A DNA stretch of 64,000 bases from contig DXJV01000087.1 of NCBI GenBank assembly GCA_019056785.1, positions 34,707 through 98,706 on the forward strand, given 5' to 3'. Every line of letters starts with the position of its first letter. Positions within the stretch are counted from its first letter, which is position 1. The notes below the pieces were generated by a model. It did no database searches. It was not told the origin of the DNA and was given only the letters and a program-made list of their open reading frames with translations. Below, piece after piece: positions 40,416 to 50,681 of this stretch. The translations under genes and the position numbers were made by a program. The DNA comes from Candidatus Heimdallarchaeota archaeon. Its GTDB lineage: Archaea > Asgardarchaeota > Heimdallarchaeia > JABLTI01.

Positions 40416-42704
40416 CTAAATTTCTTTGGAACGAGCCATAAAGGAAGCATTGATAATTTGTTGTACCGCTCGTACAAGAGCATCCTGTTCTGTCAAGAAG
40501 CTGGTTAGTTCCCCTTCTCGTGTTACAGGGGCCAAGAGCACCTCAGCACCATCGCGGGTCACAGCATAAAAGTCACGCATGGTGTATTGCCATATGGTTA
40601 TGTTTCCTTGTTCTTTCATTATTGAGATAAGTGATTCATCTCTGAAAGGATCGATGTCTGCGAGCACTCTAATTCGTACAGTTTTTGAAATTTGTTTCAC
40701 TAAAAAGTCAACAAAAGTTTGGTCAATCGTTGGCATCACAACCGTACAGGTCGATTTTGTTCGCATCAGCATATCATAAATGGCGGCCATTGAATTTTGA
40801 TTGCCATAAATGATAAGTGAATGAGGTCTCGGAACAGGGATAATTTGATCAACTGCATTTGTTATCTCTTGAAGATATGTCTTTGTTTCATTTACTTTGT
40901 AAATAATCCCGGCAAGCCGATTGGATATTTGTGAACTTGTTTCGGTTAAAGCGTCTTTCAAATTACTAAGAAAACTATCAATAACCTTACTGATTTTTTC
41001 AAGTGTATTAAACTGGTCGCGATTAAGCGTTGTTAAATAGCTATCTAAGCTATTTGTGTATTGCGAGATCATTTCGGAAGCAATCATTTTTGGTTTGCTT
41101 AGTTCCTCCTGGACCTGGGTTTTAAATGCAAATTTCATATCATCTGTGAGATAGCGGATTGTTTCGAGGGCTTTGCTGTTACTTTCATTATGCAATCGCA
41201 ACCGTTTTGAAGAATCCAAAAATAAATTCTCCAAGGTATCCTCTAAATCATTGAAAACTACATCACGAAGAGGTAAGAGAATCTCAGAGATATTCCCTTT
41301 CAATGTTTCTAAATTCTTTAATGAAATATCAAAAGCTTGTTGTGAGGAAGTTGCGATTTTAGCGCTTGCATCTTTAAGAATGTCTTTTGTCGCAGCATTC
41401 AAGTCCTTCTCAAATTTACTCGAGATTTCTGACCACTTTGTTGTTAATTTCACTTTAAGGTTCTTAATCTTTGTTTTGCCCTCTTTCAATTGTTCTGAGA
41501 GTGTAGCATCACTATTTTTCATTAAAGTAGTAATGCCTTCTACGATATTTTTCTTATAAACATTCAAAGCTTCAGAATAACGCGTCTTAATGGCTTGAGA
41601 AAGCTCATTAATTTTACTCGCACGCCTTTTCGCCTCCTCCACAAGAGCCGGGTCAGGGCGCTTTAACCGTCCCACCTTGGAGATTTCATCAATGTTCTCT
41701 TTTAAATTGCTCGCTTCAATTGAAAGTTGATCGATGTTTTTTCCAACTTCGGCAATTAAGTTGTCAACGATCCCATCAATTTTCCCTGTTTCTAACTTGA
41801 AAATTTCTTTCATTTTTGTCCGGTAATTTGTTAAGACTTCTGCATAGTCATTAGTTGCTTTGGTGATGATTGCATTAAATTCTTTTTCAAATTCCTTCAA
41901 GGCAGTAGCAAATTCTTTTATGCTGTATTTCGTTAGTGATTTGACATTTTTTTGCAAGGCAGAAATCTCTGCTTTGTTTTCTGTGAGGATGGTTTTCAAA
42001 TCGTTAGCGGCAGTAGTTTTGTAATGCTCAATGGAATTGTCGATGGGGGCAAGCATTTCTTGAATGGTTTGATTTGTTAATTGTTCGAATTTCTGCAACC
42101 GTTCTGTTGCTCTATCAGATTCTTCTCGGAGAATGATACTAATTTCATTGCTAAGATTTGAGAGTTCATTGCTGATAGAAAGAAAGGCTTTAGAAAAGCC
42201 CTCTGTAAGCAAGAGATCAAAGTCTTCGGCCAGGTTGGCAATTTTATCAGAGTGACGGTAGATAGCATTTGTTAAATCCATTTTCAACTGTTCATTGGAA
42301 GTTCGTAACTCTTCGACAATTCTATTATAAATCGGCTCCACAGCAACGCGGAATTCATCCATCTGTTTGACAAGATTGGAATAATTGCTGTCAATGCTGC
42401 TAATGAGTGAATTTTCAATATTGATAATGTCATTTTGAAATTCCTTTTCAATAAAGAGAAAGCCCTTCAGAAAAGGTTCGACAGCAATATAGCGGTTAAT
42501 CTTCCCCTCTATCTTTTTTAAATACCCGCGATTCGTTAATTCTTGGATAATTTGCTGGATTTCTTCTAAAGGCAATTGTGTTTGTAACGCAATCTCACCT
42601 AAAGAAGCATTCCCAATGCCAAGAATTGTTAAATAAACTTGTTGCTCATTTTCTGAAAAGCCAATTTGACTTAATAACGAACTTTGAACGATTTTCTTCG
42701 ACAT
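40416..42704 (-). CDS. TrmB-family HTH protein with long alpha-helical insert and C-terminal PLD-fold-like effector domain
   Basis: IGFSENEQQVYLTIL...RYIAVEP HTH; C-terminal IYG...MLMRTKS...VTRDGAEVLL. Confidence 0.8.
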   Translation of the reverse strand: MSKKIVQSSLLSQIGFSENEQQVYLTILGIGNASLGEIALQTQLPLEEIQQIIQELTNRGYLKKIEGKINRYIAVEPFLKGFLFIEKEFQNDIINIENSLISSIDSNYSNLVKQMDEFRVAVEPIYNRIVEELRTSNEQLKMDLTNAIYRHSDKIANLAEDFDLLLTEGFSKAFLSISNELSNLSNEISIILREESDRATERLQKFEQLTNQTIQEMLAPIDNSIEHYKTTAANDLKTILTENKAEISALQKNVKSLTKYSIKEFATALKEFEKEFNAIITKATNDYAEVLTNYRTKMKEIFKLETGKIDGIVDNLIAEVGKNIDQLSIEASNLKENIDEISKVGRLKRPDPALVEEAKRRASKINELSQAIKTRYSEALNVYKKNIVEGITTLMKNSDATLSEQLKEGKTKIKNLKVKLTTKWSEISSKFEKDLNAATKDILKDASAKIATSSQQAFDISLKNLETLKGNISEILLPLRDVVFNDLEDTLENLFLDSSKRLRLHNESNSKALETIRYLTDDMKFAFKTQVQEELSKPKMIASEMISQYTNSLDSYLTTLNRDQFNTLEKISKVIDSFLSNLKDALTETSSQISNRLAGIIYKVNETKTYLQEITNAVDQIIPVPRPHSLIIYGNQNSMAAIYDMLMRTKSTCTVVMPTIDQTFVDFLVKQISKTVRIRVLADIDPFRDESLISIMKEQGNITIWQYTMRDFYAVTRDGAEVLLAPVTREGELTSFLTEQDALVRAVQQIINASFMARSKEI

Positions 42705-42810
42705 CTCATCAGCACACCTGGATACCTCATTTTTGGATGTTTTTTTCTAATAAAATAATTTTCTCTTATAACAAGTGTGGTTATTTTTTTAATCTTTAAT
42801 AATTATTTTC

Positions 42811-43344
42811 CTAAAAATTAGTAATTATTGCTCCTTCTTTTATCTCCAGCATTCCCAAAGATTGAAAAAGATCAAGAATATCTTGCAAGCAACTTCGAAT
42901 GGCATAGATTGATAATGAGGAGTTTGCTAAAAGATAACTCACCAAAACAGCCACTTGAATTGTCTGCCTATCCTGTTGGAGGGAGAGGAACAATTGTGAC
43001 AGAGAGTTATTCTGAAGAAATGTTAAAAGCAAAGCATCTTTCTCGTCACTCGATAAAATTCCGTCCTGAAGCGAAGAAGCCAGTACAAAACCCTTCTTTG
43101 TGAATCGATACAAACTCTTGCTTTTGCGCGATTGCAGGAGGTCAATCCACTGGCAGTTTTCATAGCGATTGCAATGTTGCCCACAAGACGGGATCTTGTT
43201 TTTCACAACTTTAGCAATCCCAAGTATTTCTAAGGGAGCTAATGCAACACCAAACTTTTCTTTGAAATCGTATGTACAAGCAACATCTTTTTTCGATTGA
43301 AACTCGGTGAGAATTGCCAGTAATGTTTCTTTTGTTAACATCAT
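42811..43344 (-). CDS. Hypothetical protein with winged-helix-like segments and a Cys cluster
   Basis: LEILGI, CGQHCNRYENC, YRFTKKG, FQSLGML. Confidence 0.6.
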   Translation of the reverse strand: MMLTKETLLAILTEFQSKKDVACTYDFKEKFGVALAPLEILGIAKVVKNKIPSCGQHCNRYENCQWIDLLQSRKSKSLYRFTKKGFVLASSLQDGILSSDEKDALLLTFLQNNSLSQLFLSLQQDRQTIQVAVLVSYLLANSSLSIYAIRSCLQDILDLFQSLGMLEIKEGAIITNF

Positions 43345-43548
43345 TAATTCATTTCAAAAAAGACACCATTGTTTAATAATAATTGTTTTAGTGCCAAGTT
43401 TAAATATGAGACCTCTGGAGAAAAGAACGTTCAGTTTTGAAAAAATCGGGGGATTTCTCCTATACCGTACATTGCAAAATCCGGCAGAATCAAAACCGAA
43501 TAGTAAATAAAATTTTAAACTCGTAAAAAGATTCAGATTTGATTACAA

Positions 43549-44976
43549 GTGATTTTAATTATAGTGGATCCTAAAATAAACAATCCCCCAGTAAGATATT
43601 CTATAACAATGCTATTCAAGGATTTCCTCGGAATCCCAATTGAGATTATTGATGGAAAAGACTATCATAACGATTCACAGCCAGACATTAAGATTTTTTA
43701 TGGATTTACGCCAAATAAAGATAAAAAATTCGATATGATTATTTATAGCAGCAAATTCTGGATTGAGAACTATCTGAAAAAAGAATCACTACCATCTTTA
43801 CCCTTGAAATACTATGAACAAGAATGTAAAGACGCGCAAAGACAAAAAAAGAAAAAAATGCCAATTATCTATGTAGGGGGATCAAAAAAAGAAGAACCAT
43901 TTATAGAAATTGATGAGGGTTGTATTCTAACAAATATTGACTTTTTTGCCTCCTCATTTTTTATGTTAACAAGATACGAGGAAATGATAAATGATTATCA
44001 GGACGAGCATGGCAGATTCCCGGGGAAACAGAGCTTAGCCTTTCAGGAGGGGTTTCTTGAAAGACCAATAGTGAATGAATATTTAGAACTACTTTGGTCC
44101 CTTCTGCTTAAGATATCACCAAAACTAACCAGAAAGGAGAGACAGTTTGAACTGTTTTTAACTCATGATATTGACAATTTGAAGTTGGGAACTGTAAAAA
44201 AACGCATTCGCTCGTTAGGTAGCCAATTAATAAGAAAGAAATCAATCAAAGGGTTCCTGGGTGAGCTGTGGCGAAACATCACATGGTTATTTACTTTTAG
44301 AAAAAACGGCATAAAGTATATTCTTTATACTTCAAATAAATATGGCTTTCAATCCACATTTTTCTTCCTGCTCAATGGAACATCGAGATTTGATAATAGA
44401 TATGACCCTTATTCTAAAAAAGTCAAAAAAATTATTAAAAAAATACTTTCAGAGGGGCATAAGGTTGGCCTTCACTCATCCTATAGCTCCTATTTAAATT
44501 TCGAACAATTAACTAAGGAACAAAAAATTTTAACAGAGCTAACACAAGAAGACAAATTTGGCGTACGAAACCATTATTTACGAATTAAGGTCCCCGAATC
44601 TTTGCGTTTATTTGACCAAGCAGGACTCGCGTATGATTCGTCCTTAGGATATTCTAAGTGCTTTGGTTTTCGTGCAGGGGTATGTTATCCTTTTAGAGTC
44701 TTTGATGTTCTGGAGAACAAGACACTAAATATCATCGAGTATCCCCTAATGATAATGGATAAAACAATCGTAAATAATTACCCTGAACTTAACACACCCA
44801 AAAAAGTCTTGAAGGAAATAAAAAAGCAAATTGATGTTATCTCTTCTTATCACGGTACATTCGTATTTCTAATCCATAATCACTCATTAGAAGAATTTCA
44901 ATATCCGTGGCGGCGGATATACAAAAAAATGCTAAGCTATTGCAAACTGAAGCGCGACGAAAAATCTCGAGAGTGA
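43549..44976 (+). CDS. Polysaccharide deacetylase (CE4) family protein
   Basis: DFFASSFFMLTRYEE, LTHDID, VGLHSSY, RNHYLR, YDSSLG, GFRAG. Confidence 0.9.
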   Translation: MILIIVDPKINNPPVRYSITMLFKDFLGIPIEIIDGKDYHNDSQPDIKIFYGFTPNKDKKFDMIIYSSKFWIENYLKKESLPSLPLKYYEQECKDAQRQKKKKMPIIYVGGSKKEEPFIEIDEGCILTNIDFFASSFFMLTRYEEMINDYQDEHGRFPGKQSLAFQEGFLERPIVNEYLELLWSLLLKISPKLTRKERQFELFLTHDIDNLKLGTVKKRIRSLGSQLIRKKSIKGFLGELWRNITWLFTFRKNGIKYILYTSNKYGFQSTFFFLLNGTSRFDNRYDPYSKKVKKIIKKILSEGHKVGLHSSYSSYLNFEQLTKEQKILTELTQEDKFGVRNHYLRIKVPESLRLFDQAGLAYDSSLGYSKCFGFRAGVCYPFRVFDVLENKTLNIIEYPLMIMDKTIVNNYPELNTPKKVLKEIKKQIDVISSYHGTFVFLIHNHSLEEFQYPWRRIYKKMLSYCKLKRDEKSRE

Positions 44977-45011
44977 TTTTCTCCTTTTTTCCGAAACCTT
45001 CTTTTTTAGAT

Positions 45012-46175
45012 TTACTCTTGAAGATTGCCTTTAGTGCCATATAAGAGCTTTTCATATGCCACGATCAGTTTCTTTTCTTCATTCTCCCAAATGAATTTAC
45101 TTGCGGTTTTTTGTATTTTTTCGCCGGAAGGATATTTGTCAATATTTTTTAGGATAGATTTTATTTCTTCTTTCGGCGTTTCGGGATTTATCCAGATTAT
45201 TAAATCGTCAAATTTGTCGACAAGCGTTTTAACTTTAGAAGAGATGATCCGGACACCTAGTAAAGCAGCTTCAAAAAATCTGTTTGGCGAACAATAATCC
45301 ATTAACTCATCAATAAGTAAAGGATTAAGAACCACATCACACTTCTTGCAACTGGCTAAAAACTCATATCTTGGTTTATACCCAAGAGAAACGACGCCAA
45401 GCTTTTCAAACTTCTCATCAGATTGGCCGAAATTCACAATGACCCAATTGTCCAACTCGCTGACCGCTTGAGCGATGTTGTCGATGTTTCTCAATATACT
45501 TGCAGAAATTTTAGAGAATTTTGAAGCAGTGACTATTTTTTTTCTGGAGTCATCTGTGAAGAAAGGATCTAGTTTGAAGTTGTTAGAGAGGACTTTATCA
45601 ATCTCCCTCTTAAGAGGGAAGTTTTCTAAAGAAATCATTTTGTCAGCTTCTATGCCTTTCTTTGAGTAATATTTTACCCAATAATCATTCACAAAAATGA
45701 TCAAGTCAGCTTTAGTCATTACTTTTCTGGTCAGCATCTTTGCTGCAATACACAAATATTTTCTTTGGATTTTTTTTAGCAAATTCTTTGTTCTTTTTGT
45801 GTAGAGCTTGTAATATATTTCCCACACTTCATGATCGTCATAAACAAACTTTACATTAGGAGAGATAATTTTTCTAACGATATTTGCCGCTGGTAGATCA
45901 TTTGCATGGATAACATCCGGTGCAATTCTGGTGATAAGCTCTTTGAATTTTTTACGCATTTTACTGACAGCACCAGGCAGATATGCGAGGTGTTTTTTGT
46001 TCAGCTTAACATAAATAATTTCATTGTAAAAATCAGGAATAGTATCCTTTTTCTGTCCTCTACAAATTAAATAAATCTCAAACCCTTGTTTTTTCAATGT
46101 TTGAGCAACTTGGTCTATGCGTTTGTCTGGTGTTAAGCTATGCGTTACAAAAAGAATCTTTTTCGTTGCGTTCAC
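45012..46175 (-). CDS. Glycosyltransferase, GT4-like
   Basis: PDKRI, PDVIHANDL, VYDDHE, SPNRFFE. Confidence 0.88.
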   Translation of the reverse strand: MNATKKILFVTHSLTPDKRIDQVAQTLKKQGFEIYLICRGQKKDTIPDFYNEIIYVKLNKKHLAYLPGAVSKMRKKFKELITRIAPDVIHANDLPAANIVRKIISPNVKFVYDDHEVWEIYYKLYTKRTKNLLKKIQRKYLCIAAKMLTRKVMTKADLIIFVNDYWVKYYSKKGIEADKMISLENFPLKREIDKVLSNNFKLDPFFTDDSRKKIVTASKFSKISASILRNIDNIAQAVSELDNWVIVNFGQSDEKFEKLGVVSLGYKPRYEFLASCKKCDVVLNPLLIDELMDYCSPNRFFEAALLGVRIISSKVKTLVDKFDDLIIWINPETPKEEIKSILKNIDKYPSGEKIQKTASKFIWENEEKKLIVAYEKLLYGTKGNLQE

Positions 46176-46309
46176 AATCCTTCACTAGTCCTCTTTTTTT
46201 TAGCGGCGATGATTTTGATTTTACTCTAATATGGAGGTATTGCTATTCTTATTCTTTTTCTATTTATTTGGCATATGTTTTTTTAACTAATTATAAAAAA
46301 ATCTTACAT

Positions 46310-49300
46310 TCAAGTTTTGATGTTTTTGGAATCAATTTGTGTTGCTAAGCCTTCACGAGTTAAAGCGTCTATGGTTTCAAAAACTCTTCTAAAGTATTCT
46401 TTTGCTTCAATCTCATTTTTATCGCCACCCGGTTTTATAAAGGTTTCACGATTTCCCAAAAGAATTAATTTTGCTTTTGCACGACTAATTGAGACATTCA
46501 GCCTTCGCCACTCAGAATGTAATTGACCAATGATATTTTCCTTATTGCTATTTGTTAAACTAATTATTATTATCTCTCGCTCATCACCTTGGAAACGATC
46601 GACAGTATCAACCCGGATATTTTCAATGATCTCATCGGCAAGTCCAATGGCGCGCATTTCGCTGTAGATCAAATTGTTTTGATTTCGATATGGTGAAATG
46701 ACACCTACTTGTTTGGCAATTTCAAGTTGCGCGGTTTCCTGATATTGTTTTAGAAAGTGCGCAACAATAATAGCAGCTATTTTCGCTTCCCGTAAATTAA
46801 AACGCGACTCTGTTTGAATTTCAACATCTTGCTGCCCTTCAAAGGCTTTGGGGTCATTGGCGGTATTTATAAAAACAATTGGTTGTTTAGGATTAAATAT
46901 TTGAGCGATGATTTCTTCTTTTGTTTTTTCAATGAGATCTTTTTCAAAAGATGAAAGAAAATCGGTTAATGAATGCTTTCCAATTTCTTCATTTGCTGGT
47001 TGATAATCCACTTCCGGATAAAAAGCGGTTCTAATAATTTTGCAAATAGCCTCATTCATCCTGTATTGCTTATCAAGAATAATGACATTTCCAAATTTTT
47101 TGCCCCATAGTCGGTGTAATCGCTCGAAAAGGGAGGTCTTTAAACTGTCTCCTGGGATCAATCCCGCCTTACAAAGGCTTTTGGGGATTGAAGGGGTGTA
47201 ATTTTTCGTTTCCTCTGCGACAACAGGTGGGAGTTGGAAATGGTCGCCAACGAGAATAATACGAGGATAGCCATCTGTTGAATCCGTTTTAGAAGTGAGG
47301 TGTCGGAATGCGCCCAAACATGCCGGCTCTGTTGCTTGGCCGGCCTCATCAACGATGATCCATTTGAAATTCACTCCTTTTAGAAGATTGCTCCCTACAC
47401 TCCCCAAAGTGCCAACAACAATTCCTGCTTTATTAAAAAGTTCATTTCCTTGTTGAAGGATAGTGACCAGCTTCACTGCATCAGCTTTTTCACCCATCGT
47501 CTCTTCGTAGGCAACAATTTTGGGGATGATAAAGTTCTGAACCTCAGGTGGATGTTCCTTTGAATATGACTCCAATCGAATAATGTATGGCTTTAAGTCT
47601 GGGAATGCCGAGAGTTTAATTATCACCTCATCCGCAGCTCGATGAGTGTTTGCCAGAATTAAAACAGCTTTTGTCAAAGGGGTGGCCTCATCAACCTCTT
47701 GAGAACGCAATAAATATGCTTCAGCAAACATTTCCTTCGCCATCTGAGCAATCATCCGCGTTTTTCCTGTCCCCGGTGGACCTTGGACAAGCATAATTTC
47801 GCCTGCCTTTAAACCCAAAGCTTTCTCAATGGCTTCTACTTTACTTGAGTCAAGAACAGACAGTAGGGCAGTTCGAGGTACTCGCTTAATATGCTTTGGT
47901 TTTTGTAACCCCAAAAGTAATTGAACAGTATAAGGTAACTCCGAATCAGTAATTGTTCGCCCTTGAATTCCCGAACGTGCCATAGCACCAAATAAAAAGT
48001 CAGTCAATGAACGAGACTGCCATTTTGAGAAGAGGACATTCTCCACTTGATCTACACGAAAAGTATCAACTTTCTGGTTTCGACCCTTAATAATAGAGCG
48101 GGTTTTTATGACAATTTCTTCGCTTCGTAACGATTGTACTTTCCCTTCTATGCTGAAAATTTCTCCTGGGATTAGATGGGTAGGAGTGACAAATACATCA
48201 TCCCCCTCTCTAATTCGGGTAAAAATCCTTTTCGCACTTTTTAAGGTTAAGAGATATCTATAGGAGTCAAATTTCACTTTCTTTAAATTCGAGATTGTTA
48301 CTCCCTGTTTTTCTAAAACGTCAATATTAGTTGTCGCCAAGCGATAGAGATGTCGTTTGACATTATTCAACTCGAATTTCAATTGTTTAAAGTACCACGC
48401 CCAATACTCGAATAATGACTGTGGGAAATGCAGCCAAATATCAGGGTCTAGCATTCGTTTTCCATCGGCGCAAATACCCAGCTGGTTAGAAGGACAATAA
48501 CTACAGACCCTGAACCAATTACTGCTTAGAAGGTTAAAGTCTGTCCCGAGAGCAGGCATATAACGTTTTGAGAGGAAGCGATTGATTTTATAGCGATCAT
48601 ACCCTGAGAGTAAACCAGATTCAATGGCAAAAGCGATATTTCTCGTTTGAAGAAGGAGATTCCAATATTCTTCGCAGTTTTCTTCTTCCAAGTTTATTTT
48701 TCGTCGCTTAATAACAGCATGTTGTTCTAAGGGGATAATCTCTGGGTTATCCTCAGAGAGACCTGCATCAGCATCGAAAAATTCTATAAAGGTTTTTGGG
48801 GTGCGCCCGGTTATTTTTTTGATAATGTCATGATAAGCAAACGCCTGCATGCCCCCAGGATGGGCAGCTCCTGTGAAAGGGTCATAATCAGATTCGATAT
48901 AATAACGACTTCCGGTTTTGATTTCCCATAATTCTTCGAAGGTTTTTCGCAGAATGATTTGGTCTGCCCTTCCAGAAATTCCTCGTTCCGGGGAAAATAA
49001 CAAGGACTCATTTAAAAGCTGGGTGGGGGATACCCCTTCAAATTGTTCGATAATATTATCAACGACAATGGAATCTACCTGGATGGGCAATTTCAAGTCC
49101 TTATTAGGACCACGTTTGTAGCTTTTTCTAATTAAAATATCAAAATTATCTCGCCAAACATCAAGAATGGCCCGATGATAAGCGCGCATGGCTTTTACGG
49201 GATCCTGGCTACGTATCCATTCGTTTGAAGCATATTGGATTCCTTTATGAATGGCATTTCCACGGACATAGCCAATTGATGTGGGTGTTAGTCGGATGCT

Positions 49301-49789
49301 TCTTTGTAAACCTAGAAACGATTCATAGAAGTATTTCGCTGGGCAGTTAAAAACGCTTTCCAGCTCTGCTCCTGTAACATTAAAATCAGGTGCAATAATA
49401 AATTTCAAGGGGATAAGATAACCATTCATACCATTCGAGGGATTCGTTCCACTAGTAGCATCGGCAATGGGGAACCAAACGGCTTGAAGTACTTGAAGGA
49501 GCAGCTCGGGTGGTTGATTATCTGAAAGCAAGCCAGCATAACAATAACGCAAAACATTTTGATAGTGAGAAAAATTCGGCTGTTTTTGTCTTCCGGGGTA
49601 CCATTCCTTTGGGTAAACGAACGCATTACAAAGAAAAGCCTTTGTATTTGGCTCATACAATTTTAAAAAGAGGTAATTGCCTTTTTCTGCCTTCCGATCT
49701 CTTTCAGCCAGTACCTGGAAATCTACAAATTTCGGCTGTTTTGGATTATCTCTAAGGTAAGCTAAAGAATTCACAAGTTGTTCATTCAT
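46310..49789 (-). CDS. Dna2-like Fe-S nuclease (Cas4/PD-(D/E)xK) fused to SF1 helicase
   Basis: CPAKYFY, GNAIH, GRAD, EIKTG, QAFAY, CSYCPSNQLGIC; GPPGTGKT, DEAGQ, GDHFQLPP, QYRMN, TVDRFQGDE, RRLNVSISRAK. Confidence 0.92.
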   Translation of the reverse strand: MNEQLVNSLAYLRDNPKQPKFVDFQVLAERDRKAEKGNYLFLKLYEPNTKAFLCNAFVYPKEWYPGRQKQPNFSHYQNVLRYCYAGLLSDNQPPELLLQVLQAVWFPIADATSGTNPSNGMNGYLIPLKFIIAPDFNVTGAELESVFNCPAKYFYESFLGLQRSIRLTPTSIGYVRGNAIHKGIQYASNEWIRSQDPVKAMRAYHRAILDVWRDNFDILIRKSYKRGPNKDLKLPIQVDSIVVDNIIEQFEGVSPTQLLNESLLFSPERGISGRADQIILRKTFEELWEIKTGSRYYIESDYDPFTGAAHPGGMQAFAYHDIIKKITGRTPKTFIEFFDADAGLSEDNPEIIPLEQHAVIKRRKINLEEENCEEYWNLLLQTRNIAFAIESGLLSGYDRYKINRFLSKRYMPALGTDFNLLSSNWFRVCSYCPSNQLGICADGKRMLDPDIWLHFPQSLFEYWAWYFKQLKFELNNVKRHLYRLATTNIDVLEKQGVTISNLKKVKFDSYRYLLTLKSAKRIFTRIREGDDVFVTPTHLIPGEIFSIEGKVQSLRSEEIVIKTRSIIKGRNQKVDTFRVDQVENVLFSKWQSRSLTDFLFGAMARSGIQGRTITDSELPYTVQLLLGLQKPKHIKRVPRTALLSVLDSSKVEAIEKALGLKAGEIMLVQGPPGTGKTRMIAQMAKEMFAEAYLLRSQEVDEATPLTKAVLILANTHRAADEVIIKLSAFPDLKPYIIRLESYSKEHPPEVQNFIIPKIVAYEETMGEKADAVKLVTILQQGNELFNKAGIVVGTLGSVGSNLLKGVNFKWIIVDEAGQATEPACLGAFRHLTSKTDSTDGYPRIILVGDHFQLPPVVAEETKNYTPSIPKSLCKAGLIPGDSLKTSLFERLHRLWGKKFGNVIILDKQYRMNEAICKIIRTAFYPEVDYQPANEEIGKHSLTDFLSSFEKDLIEKTKEEIIAQIFNPKQPIVFINTANDPKAFEGQQDVEIQTESRFNLREAKIAAIIVAHFLKQYQETAQLEIAKQVGVISPYRNQNNLIYSEMRAIGLADEIIENIRVDTVDRFQGDEREIIIISLTNSNKENIIGQLHSEWRRLNVSISRAKAKLILLGNRETFIKPGGDKNEIEAKEYFRRVFETIDALTREGLATQIDSKNIKT

Positions 49790-49802
49790 TTCTATTCAAC
49801 CC

Positions 49803-50681
49803 TCAAGTTGACTTAAAAGGAGGGAAACTCAGAATTTCCTTTGTTTTTTCCAGAAAATTTACATCATAAATCTCAGTAAGAAGGTCAATAAAGATATCTC
49901 GAAGGTCACCGGATTTCGCAATTGTTGGGCTGTCATCCAATTCCTCGCTCAATCCTGTTTCAATACTTAGATATTCTTTTAAATTCACAAGAACTTCTTT
50001 TAAGCGTTCATTTTTATTTGCAATTGTTGTAAATGAGTCTTTATTAAGCAGATAAATTTTATATAACCAGATATATGCAGCAAGATACTCAGAGTTCATT
50101 AATGAAATTGAACATCTCGCTAATAATTGATGGGTTAAAGATGCCACCTCTTTTTTTGTAAGTGCTTCTACAAAGTTGAAAAGCAAATCTAAGAGTTGAA
50201 GGTAGTGCTGCTGTTCTGCTTTATCAAAGAGGTCATATTTCTCAATCGATAGTCGGATGTCTTTGAAAATCGGTTGAAGATTGCGCACAGCTCGTTCCGG
50301 ATTTGCTTGAATTATTGCTTTAAGAAGCTTGTTTAATTGTTTGTAAAGATTGACTTTTTGTTGGATGGTTTTATCGGTTGTTTGTATAGCAGCCAAAGAT
50401 AAATGGTCCATACTCTTTCGGAACTGCCAGGAGTTCAAGGCGCGTTTCCCTATAGAAAGGTTTTTCTTTGCTAAATCTTCTGCCGGATTAAAACTAGTCG
50501 AATGAATTTTCAAGGGAGCACCCATTCGTTCAGCACTGAGAATTTTTATAACAATATCTTTTGTTGAGTCTTTACTTGTTACTACAAGAACAGGATTTTT
50601 TGAATTATATCGCTCTGACTCAATTCGTTCTATTTCTTCTTTCACAGCTGTAAAAATCTCGCTTTCAAATTCCTTGCTCAT
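49803..50681 (-). CDS. Hypothetical protein, partial CARF-like N-terminus plus helical domain
   Basis: 292-aa ORF ending 13 nt before the helicase start; NP...ALNSWQF segment. Confidence 0.6.
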   Translation of the reverse strand: MSKEFESEIFTAVKEEIERIESERYNSKNPVLVVTSKDSTKDIVIKILSAERMGAPLKIHSTSFNPAEDLAKKNLSIGKRALNSWQFRKSMDHLSLAAIQTTDKTIQQKVNLYKQLNKLLKAIIQANPERAVRNLQPIFKDIRLSIEKYDLFDKAEQQHYLQLLDLLFNFVEALTKKEVASLTHQLLARCSISLMNSEYLAAYIWLYKIYLLNKDSFTTIANKNERLKEVLVNLKEYLSIETGLSEELDDSPTIAKSGDLRDIFIDLLTEIYDVNFLEKTKEILSFPPFKST

